Shown piece by piece: positions 48,397 through 55,444 of a DNA stretch of 55,444 bases (position 1 is its first letter; each line of letters opens with the position of its first letter). The notes under the pieces are model-generated. The model was not told the origin of the DNA. It worked only from the letters and a program-made list of their open reading frames with translations, and searched no databases. The position numbers and the translations under genes were made by a program. The DNA lies in the NCBI GenBank assembly GCA_009937205.1, contig JAACCR010000042.1, forward strand, positions 1 to 55,444, read 5' to 3'. This stretch comes from Methanobacteriota archaeon (GTDB lineage: Archaea; Thermoplasmatota; Poseidoniia; Poseidoniales; Poseidoniaceae).

Positions 48397-49335
48397 TCAA
48401 TAACCGAGGATATCAACAAGTTGACTCTTGTAGAAGTTAGCAGATCCATGTAAAGATTCCATCTCGGACTCAGTTAATTCTAATTCAAATATTTTCTCAA
48501 CACCATTAGCACCAATAATACAAGGAACTCCAATGTAAATATTTTCTAATCCATATTCACCAGATAGGTGGCAGGATGCTGGAATGACTCGCTTACGGTC
48601 ATTAAGAACAGATTCTGCCATAATTGCTGCTGCTGAACCTGGTGCATAGAATGCTGAACCACGTTCTAATAATTTGACAATTTCTCCACCGCCCTTTGCA
48701 GTACGGTCACTAATTGCTGCAATTGTTTCCTCACTCATCAACTGAGTTATTGGAATTCCACCAACAGTGGTATACTTTGGAAGAGGGACCATTGTATCTC
48801 CATGACCTCCAAGAACCATAGGTGACACATCTTCTTCCGCGCAGCCAAGTTCAAGTGCAATAAAATGTGCCATTCTTGCGCTGTCAAGAACTCCTGCTTG
48901 TCCAATTACACGCTCGGTAGGGAATCCTGTAACTTGTTGCATGTGGTATGTCATCAAATCAAGTGGGTTGGTGATCATGATGATTACTGCATCAGGTGCA
49001 TGTTCACGAATTCCTGTTCCAACTTGCTTAACAATATCAGCGTTTTTGCCGATTAGATCTTCTCTTGACATTCCAGGTTGCCTTGGGAAACCAGATGTAA
49101 CAACAATAACTTCTGAATTGGCAATATCTGCATAATCTGCAGTACCGGTAATTGTTCCATTATAGTTCAAAACATTGGCGTTTTGGCTCATATCTAGTGC
49201 TTTTCCTTTTGCAAATCCTTCATAGATATCTAGCAAAACAATGTCTGCTATTTTCATCTGTGCTAATACGAATGCACAAGTTGCACCGACATTTCCTGCT
49301 CCAATAACTGCGATTTTTCTTCGTCCATTAGCCAT
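48397..49335 (-). CDS. mdh: Malate dehydrogenase (LDH-like)
   Basis: GAGNVG, PRQPGMSREDL, TNPLD, GVLDSAR, GGHGD, GGEIV..GSAFYAP. Confidence 0.95.
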   Translation of the reverse strand: MANGRRKIAVIGAGNVGATCAFVLAQMKIADIVLLDIYEGFAKGKALDMSQNANVLNYNGTITGTADYADIANSEVIVVTSGFPRQPGMSREDLIGKNADIVKQVGTGIREHAPDAVIIMITNPLDLMTYHMQQVTGFPTERVIGQAGVLDSARMAHFIALELGCAEEDVSPMVLGGHGDTMVPLPKYTTVGGIPITQLMSEETIAAISDRTAKGGGEIVKLLERGSAFYAPGSAAAIMAESVLNDRKRVIPASCHLSGEYGLENIYIGVPCIIGANGVEKIFELELTESEMESLHGSANFYKSQLVDILGY

Positions 49336-49561
49336 AGTGAATCACTTGCCTAATCTTGCCCAAAACTCCGACCTCCATAAGTATGATTGTCTAAAATAGT
49401 TACACTCATAATTATTAAATTATATAAAAAAAGTCAATAACTTTTCAATATATCACCAGAACAAATTGACCATTAAAAGCGCGTTATCTAAAAACCCCCT
49501 TCTATTGCCCTCAAACATCCTGAATGTACATCGTGCGGGATTTGGCAATTTTGGTGATAAT

Positions 49562-50725
49562 ATGAAACTCGGAGTACCCATGGAACTTGAAGGTGAAACA
49601 CGCGTTGGAATTGTTCCTGGAAGTGTTAAGAAATTATTGAAGGCAGGATTTGAAGTTCTTGTTGAAAAAGGTTCAGGAGAGTCTGCCAATTATTTGGATT
49701 CTGAATATGAAAGTGCTGGTGCAACCATTACTACTCGTGCTGAAGTACTATCATGCCCAAACATCGTTTGTATTAGATTCCCTGGTGTTGAAGGTATTTC
49801 TAAAGGCGCAAATCTAACTTGCGTATCAGATCCTTTTAGATGCCCAGAAAATGTTAGAGCATGTATGGATTCTGGAATCACATTACTATCGATGGACATG
49901 ATTCCTCGTAGACTTTCACGTGCACAATCAATGGATGTCAATTCAAGTCAAGATAATCTTGCAGGATACAAAGCTGTGTTAATCGGCGCTGCAAAAACGC
50001 CGAGAGGAATACCGATGATGACAACCTCTGCTGGAACAGTGCGTCCGGCTAAAGTTGTAATTATGGGCAGCGGTGTTGCTGGATTACAAGCAATCGCTAC
50101 CGCAAAGAGACTAGGTGCTGTTGTTTATGCATCGGATGTAAGAAAGTCTGCTGCTGAGCAAATAGAATCTGTTGGAGGCCGATTCATCGAAGTTGATGGA
50201 ATGGATGACTTTGAAGATGAATCTGGTTATGCTAAACCTCTGACCCCTGAATTTATTCAGAAGGTAAACGATACTGTATGTGGAGTTGCTTCCGATGCTG
50301 ATATAATTGTGACAACCGCAAGGATATTTGGAAGACCTGCACCGATCACAGTACCTTCATCAGCAGTTGCAAATTTCAAGTCTGGAGCAGTTGTAGTTGA
50401 CATGAATGCTGATGTAGGCGGCAACTGTGAAGACACTGTTGCTGGAGAAGTAATCACTACTAGCAATGGCGTAATAATTGTAGGAACTGCTAATCTACCA
50501 GGCACCTTAGCAAATACAGCAAGCATGTTGTATTCAAATAATCTAACTACTTTCATGACTTCATTAGTGAAGGAAGGAGAAGTAGTAATTGGTGAAGATG
50601 ATGATGTTCTTGTTGGAGCACCAGAAGGTTCAGACTTCCACATTGGTGGAATGGGTGGCGTCCTAATTTGCAAAGATGGGGAAATCCATCCTAAGCAATC
50701 ACGCTTAGCAGGGGTGGTTCAATGA
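49562..50725 (+). CDS. pntAA: NAD(P) transhydrogenase alpha subunit part 1 (dI)
   Basis: GETRV, PRRLSRAQSMDVNSSQ..AGYKAV, MTTSAGT, GVAGLQAIATAKRLGA, GGNCE. Confidence 0.94.
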   Translation: MKLGVPMELEGETRVGIVPGSVKKLLKAGFEVLVEKGSGESANYLDSEYESAGATITTRAEVLSCPNIVCIRFPGVEGISKGANLTCVSDPFRCPENVRACMDSGITLLSMDMIPRRLSRAQSMDVNSSQDNLAGYKAVLIGAAKTPRGIPMMTTSAGTVRPAKVVIMGSGVAGLQAIATAKRLGAVVYASDVRKSAAEQIESVGGRFIEVDGMDDFEDESGYAKPLTPEFIQKVNDTVCGVASDADIIVTTARIFGRPAPITVPSSAVANFKSGAVVVDMNADVGGNCEDTVAGEVITTSNGVIIVGTANLPGTLANTASMLYSNNLTTFMTSLVKEGEVVIGEDDDVLVGAPEGSDFHIGGMGGVLICKDGEIHPKQSRLAGVVQ

Positions 50726-51033
50726 GTCCAGAATTATTAATCGGTAGCATTACATTATTCGTATTGGCAATTTTCCTTGGTGTTGAATTAATCACCAAAG
50801 TTCCTGCTACATTGCACACTCCATTGATGAGTGGTGCAAATGCAATATCTGGAATTAGTATTGTAGGCGCACTAATTGGTGCAAATGTTGCTTATTCTGG
50901 TGGAAATACCGCCATATCTGGAATATTATCATTCGTAGCAGTAGTTCTGGCTATGATCAATGTAGTTGGCGGATTTGCAGTAACCAATCGTATGTTAAAT
51001 ATGATTGCTGGAAAGAAGAGAAGAGGTGCTTAA
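50722..51033 (+). CDS. pntAB: NAD(P) transhydrogenase alpha subunit part 2
   Basis: VPATLHTPLMSGANAISG, INVVGGFAVTNRML. Confidence 0.95.
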   Translation: MSPELLIGSITLFVLAIFLGVELITKVPATLHTPLMSGANAISGISIVGALIGANVAYSGGNTAISGILSFVAVVLAMINVVGGFAVTNRMLNMIAGKKRRGA

Positions 51034-51034
51034 G

Positions 51035-52471
51035 ATGTCTGCAATACTTGACTTTATGAGCAACTGGATTTCTGTTGGTTATCTGTTTTCTGCAATTCTA
51101 TTCATTATGGGATTGAAGAAGTTAGGTCATCCTAGAACTGCTCCGCGAGGCAATCAATTAGGCGCCCTAGGAATGCTTGTTGCTGTTGTTGTCACCGTTG
51201 CGAGTATGCAACTTGAAGGTGGAGCTCAATGGACTCTGATCATTGCTGGAATGGCTATTGGTTCACTTATTGGATATTGGATGGCTGTAAGGGTCGAAAT
51301 GACTGGAATGCCTGAAATGGTCGCACTGTTCAATGGATTTGGAGGTGCGGCAAGTGCATTGGTTGCATTATCTGAAACATGGAAGTATATCGATGGTGGA
51401 GCCGTACCTGCAGGTCTTGAATTGACTGTGACTATGGTTGCTGCAGGACTATCCGCTCTAGTTGGATGGATGACATTGACCGGTTCATTATTGGCAATGT
51501 ACAAACTCAAAGGTGGAGTTGAAATATTTGGCAAGTGGATAAAGACACCCACTTGGGGTCCTGCTTGGCTAAATCCAGTAAAAGTGATACTGGTAATCTC
51601 GGTTGCAGTATTAATTTACATGAGTATTTTGGAACCTGGTAATTCAGATTACCTATGGGCAATTATTGGAATTTCATGTGTTCTTGGAATTATCTTAGTT
51701 CTACCAATTGGTGGAGCTGATATGCCAGTTGTTGTTTCACTACTAAACTCACTATCTGGAATCGCTGCAGCATTCACAGGATTTATTTTCTCAAACTCAG
51801 TACTGATAGTCGCTGGTTCGCTAGTGGGTGCTTCGGGAATCATTCTAACATTCATTATGTGTAAAGCAATGAATCGAAGATTGATTGATGTGTTGTTCAA
51901 GTCCTTTGGAGGAAGTGGTGAAAAAGCAGATTTAACTCGCACAAAGGTAGGTTCGGATGCTGATGAAGTTGCAATGATGATCGATGGTGCGCAAAAAGTA
52001 ATAATTATTCCAGGATATGGAATGGCTGTTTCTCAATGCCAGCATCAAGTCAAAGAATTTGCAGATTTAATCACTGAAAAATATGATACTGAAGTCAAAT
52101 ATGCAATTCATCCTGTTGCAGGTAGAATGCCTGGTCACATGAATGTCCTATTGGCTGAAGCAAATGTTCCCTATGAGCAATTGATTGAAATGGATGAAAT
52201 CAATTCAGAGTTCCCAGATTGTGATGTTGCAGTGGTTATCGGTGCTAATGATACTACTAATCCAGCAGCACGCAGTAGTGAAGGTCCACTTGCAGGTATG
52301 CCAATTATCGATGTTGATGCGGCAAGAACTGTTGTTATCATTAAGCGTTCTTTGAGCGTTGGATATGCCGGAGTTGACAATGATCTATTCTATATGGACA
52401 AGACAATGATGCTATTCGGTGATGGTAAGAAAATGATGACTGCATTGAATAATTCAATCAAAGAAAATTGA
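51035..52471 (+). CDS. pntB: NAD(P) transhydrogenase beta subunit
   Basis: MPEMVALFNG, IGGADMPVVVSLLNS, CKAMNR, PGYGMAV, HPVAGRMPGHMNVLLAEA. Confidence 0.96.
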   Translation: MSAILDFMSNWISVGYLFSAILFIMGLKKLGHPRTAPRGNQLGALGMLVAVVVTVASMQLEGGAQWTLIIAGMAIGSLIGYWMAVRVEMTGMPEMVALFNGFGGAASALVALSETWKYIDGGAVPAGLELTVTMVAAGLSALVGWMTLTGSLLAMYKLKGGVEIFGKWIKTPTWGPAWLNPVKVILVISVAVLIYMSILEPGNSDYLWAIIGISCVLGIILVLPIGGADMPVVVSLLNSLSGIAAAFTGFIFSNSVLIVAGSLVGASGIILTFIMCKAMNRRLIDVLFKSFGGSGEKADLTRTKVGSDADEVAMMIDGAQKVIIIPGYGMAVSQCQHQVKEFADLITEKYDTEVKYAIHPVAGRMPGHMNVLLAEANVPYEQLIEMDEINSEFPDCDVAVVIGANDTTNPAARSSEGPLAGMPIIDVDAARTVVIIKRSLSVGYAGVDNDLFYMDKTMMLFGDGKKMMTALNNSIKEN

Positions 52472-52572
52472 TTGCTTAGTCATAATCTTGAAGATAATTA
52501 TTGAACAGTAAAGGCATTGCTTAGAAGTAATGTTCAAAGGGCGAGCGCAGGTGGAGAAGAATAGGTGAGATT

Positions 52573-53529
52573 GTGATATCCAGTCGTGGTCGTTTACTAA
52601 TCGTTTCTTTGATGGCTTTGCTATTCATTGCTCCTGTTCTTGGGATGCCTGCAGGGCCGCCATGGGAAAGCAATGGAAAATTGGTTGTTGAGACTGGATG
52701 TTCATGCCATGGTGGCGGTTCTCCAAACAACAATGTAGTTGTTTCAATCTCTGGTGTCCCTCGTTCATACGATGTAGGACAGAGCTATGACTTCACGATT
52801 TCTTTACAAGATGCCTCTAACCCGTCAGGTGGATTCATGTTATGGGACTACAATGGTGGAACATTAACCCCTGGTGATGGTTCTCAATATGTTGCAGAAG
52901 AACCTGGTGCATTATCTCAGTCATCGCCTGGTAATGATTGGATTGTAACTTGGACTGCTCCTGCCGAAGATACTGGTATAATTGCTTTCCAATTAGTTGG
53001 AAATGCGGTTAACGGCGATGGTTTACCAAACGAAGATGACCACTGGAATATCCTTTCCTTTTCAATCAGTGCACCGGATACCGCAACAAATGATGATGCA
53101 GATGGCCTCGCGTTGAGAACAATCAGTGTTGGAGATTATGACTCGTTATTTGTTGCTGACGTAGACCCTGCGGAATTGGAAGCGGAACGCCAGCAACATA
53201 TTGCAGATCAATACTTTGACAATGGTAATTTGTTTTATTGGACTACACTATCGATTTTGCTAATTGCTGCTGTTTTCCAAGGTGAGTTCTATGAAAGAAA
53301 ATTCGGCGGTGGACCTCCTCATCTCGATAGAAGTTTGGCCATCCCTCAAGGTATTCGCAGAGGTGTAGTTTCAATATTACTAACCGCATTATTCGCATTC
53401 ACAATACGTGAAGGATTCACCTATGGCTATCCACTCGTTGTCGGAATGTTGGCTCTTTGGGCCATATTCGGAGTTTATAGAACAATAGTTCAAGCTCGTG
53501 CAGAAAAGAAATATACTGACCTCATTTGA
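52573..53529 (+). CDS. Reeler-like (choice-of-anchor V-like) membrane protein
   Basis: Signal peptide, GCSCHG, WTAP..GNAVNGDG motif, three C-terminal hydrophobic helices. Confidence 0.65.
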   Translation: MISSRGRLLIVSLMALLFIAPVLGMPAGPPWESNGKLVVETGCSCHGGGSPNNNVVVSISGVPRSYDVGQSYDFTISLQDASNPSGGFMLWDYNGGTLTPGDGSQYVAEEPGALSQSSPGNDWIVTWTAPAEDTGIIAFQLVGNAVNGDGLPNEDDHWNILSFSISAPDTATNDDADGLALRTISVGDYDSLFVADVDPAELEAERQQHIADQYFDNGNLFYWTTLSILLIAAVFQGEFYERKFGGGPPHLDRSLAIPQGIRRGVVSILLTALFAFTIREGFTYGYPLVVGMLALWAIFGVYRTIVQARAEKKYTDLI

Positions 53530-53570
53530 GGCACTCACCTTCCATTTGTTTAATGGTTTGAGGTAATCAT

Positions 53571-54899
53571 ATGTCTTTGTTATTAGAGACCGATAAGGAC
53601 AACACAGTCAATTCTCATATGGATGAATTCGCTAATAGGATGACCTTAGTGTTAGTTTCATCACTAATTTTCACTGCGATATGGATGAATTGGATCGATT
53701 CGATTCTAAGTCAGTTATTACAAATAATGCAACCATGTACATCTGACTGTCTAAATCTCTATGACCCTGCCAGATGGAGCGCTGTCAGGTGGCTATCTGC
53801 AACATTATTGGGTATCTTATCTTCAATTCCAATATTTATTTATCAATCATATTCATTCGCAAAACCAGGACTACTACCCAGTGAGAAAAAGTGGTTCTTA
53901 TATTGGGTAATAGGTGGCTCAATAGGTATTTTATCAGTAATGTCAATTACCATTTTGTGGATTGTACCAAGAGTATTTTCATTTGGCCATGCAAGCAATA
54001 TCGGAATGGGCTTCGCTACGATGTATGATGCGCCATTAATGTTACAATTTGCTATATCATTAGTTTGGGCACAAATGCTGATTGTTATTGCAGGATTGGC
54101 AATGGTAATTGCAGGTTTAACTGGCAATCTTAACCAAAAAACTGCAGATTGGTGGAGACTTAGAGTTCATGGCCTATTAGTAATGTTACTTGCGCTATCT
54201 TTGCCAGAAGTTGGTGGGATGATTGTTTTCAGTATTATCCTATTATCAGTACTTTCAGTGGAATTGATATCTTTAAGATGGACTTCGATGATTCCAAAAG
54301 GCATTAATTCTGGATCCCATGTATATGATTTTGAAGGGGCAAAAAGAAATATCTTAATCGCAGACTGTCGCTGTGATGGTGGATGTGAATCGATTTCTTC
54401 AAAAAGCACTCTTGACCTAAATATTTCAACATATAATGGATTATGTAACAGTAGAAATGAGCGCTTAGAGTTGTTGGATAAAATCAGGGTAGAACGTGTA
54501 ACAGATGTATTTATTTCTGGATGCAATGGTGAACCATTACCACATTTATTCAAGAGTAATTGCCATTCATTAAGTTGTGATGTGAGGGGATTAGAACTTA
54601 TGCAGATTCAATCTTACCGAACCATACCACAGAATCAACTTGGACTCGATGCTGAACTTGCTATTGCTAGCCAAAATAATCCTTGGTTAGTAGAAGATTT
54701 ACCCTTTCGGTTAGTTGAAGTACTGGAAAAGGCATCTCGATTACCCAAGTCAATTGTATTAGATTCAAGAGCAAAGGATAGACGCTGGGGCTTACAACTT
54801 GATTCAGATACTGCATTTCTCAATACATATGGATGTGAAATTGATGGAATCGTAAAGCAGTTGTCAACTCTTGATTTAGATTTAAAAATAATGAATTGA
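53571..54899 (+). CDS. Divergent TatC-like protein with C-terminal Cys-rich extension
   Basis: SHMDEFANRM, PIFIYQSYSFAKPGLLPSEKK, about six TM helices, then a soluble domain of about 190 aa. Confidence 0.75.
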   Translation: MSLLLETDKDNTVNSHMDEFANRMTLVLVSSLIFTAIWMNWIDSILSQLLQIMQPCTSDCLNLYDPARWSAVRWLSATLLGILSSIPIFIYQSYSFAKPGLLPSEKKWFLYWVIGGSIGILSVMSITILWIVPRVFSFGHASNIGMGFATMYDAPLMLQFAISLVWAQMLIVIAGLAMVIAGLTGNLNQKTADWWRLRVHGLLVMLLALSLPEVGGMIVFSIILLSVLSVELISLRWTSMIPKGINSGSHVYDFEGAKRNILIADCRCDGGCESISSKSTLDLNISTYNGLCNSRNERLELLDKIRVERVTDVFISGCNGEPLPHLFKSNCHSLSCDVRGLELMQIQSYRTIPQNQLGLDAELAIASQNNPWLVEDLPFRLVEVLEKASRLPKSIVLDSRAKDRRWGLQLDSDTAFLNTYGCEIDGIVKQLSTLDLDLKIMN

Positions 54900-54947
54900 G
54901 AATCTATTTACACCAACGTTGAAACGATTTGAGCAGTAGGCGATGTC

Positions 54948-55444
54948 ATGCGACCTTCACTTGGTGTACCATTTTTAGTGGTTCTCCTTCTAGCAAGTTC
55001 GTGGTCATACTCAAATGGTGACACCATTGAGCAATGGATGCGTGAAAACGCAATTATTGTGCCATCAGATGATGAATCCCCTGTATTAAACTTACAACAA
55101 GACGAAAGATGGCTAGTATTGATCGTTGATTTTGAGCAATCTCCAGCTGATTCAGCATGGGGTCCAGAACAAGCAAGAAATATTTTACAGGATAGCGCGG
55201 TAGATTTTATTGACCAAATTAGTGGAGGGCAATCATCTGTTAATATTCATGTGGCCGATGATGTAACTAGAGCATCTGGTGTTCTATCCGACTATGGTTC
55301 TGATATCAATGGACAAAGAGATGTTGATGAAGATGGTGAATTTCTGCCAATGGCATTAGCTCAGGAAACAATTGAAAGTCATATTTCCACTGTTAATTGG
55401 AGTCAATACGACTTAGATGGTGATGGTTGGGTCGATCGTTTACT
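54948..55444 (+). CDS. Secreted M6-family metalloprotease-like protein, 5' part (runs off the window)
   Basis: Hand translation MRPSLGVPFLVVLLLASSW..WLVLIVDF..SGG..DYGSD..VNWSQYDLDGDGWVDRL; HExxH is not within the window. Confidence 0.65.
   Translation, partial: MRPSLGVPFLVVLLLASSWSYSNGDTIEQWMRENAIIVPSDDESPVLNLQQDERWLVLIVDFEQSPADSAWGPEQARNILQDSAVDFIDQISGGQSSVNIHVADDVTRASGVLSDYGSDINGQRDVDEDGEFLPMALAQETIESHISTVNWSQYDLDGDGWVDRL

Overview
Gene-dense, roughly 40% GC (estimated by eye) archaeal chromosomal segment. It carries archaeal informational genes (rps19e, rpl39e, rpl31e, rps17e, PAN, MBF1, Tsr3, Kae1) alongside bacterial-type heterotrophic genes (hut, mcm/mce, pntAB, mdh, YgfZ) and large Ig-repeat surface proteins with a GPxLPxxGLPxGWxxEQWxHYG tail. 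This combination points to Marine Group II Euryarchaeota (Poseidoniales), by inference. There are about 55 CDS and one tRNA-Val(GAC); no integrase, transposase, CRISPR or rRNA was seen. Most notable: (1) a perfect 13-6-13 inverted repeat at 20523-20554 with dif/loxP architecture, a candidate XerA site; (2) an unlisted 58-aa ribbon-helix-helix gene with four 11-bp-phased boxes next to its TATA box, heading a folE-queE-queC-queD operon whose Cys-motif-less QueC is fused to MsrB; (3) a membrane protein with four EF-hands, zinc ribbons and acidic repeats, divergent from a DUF835 gene; (4) a divergent TatC fused to a Cys-rich HdrA-N-terminal-like domain; (5) four in-frame TAA codons and one frameshift interrupting three otherwise intact genes, most likely sequence errors. 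All family assignments are by motif recognition, not database search.
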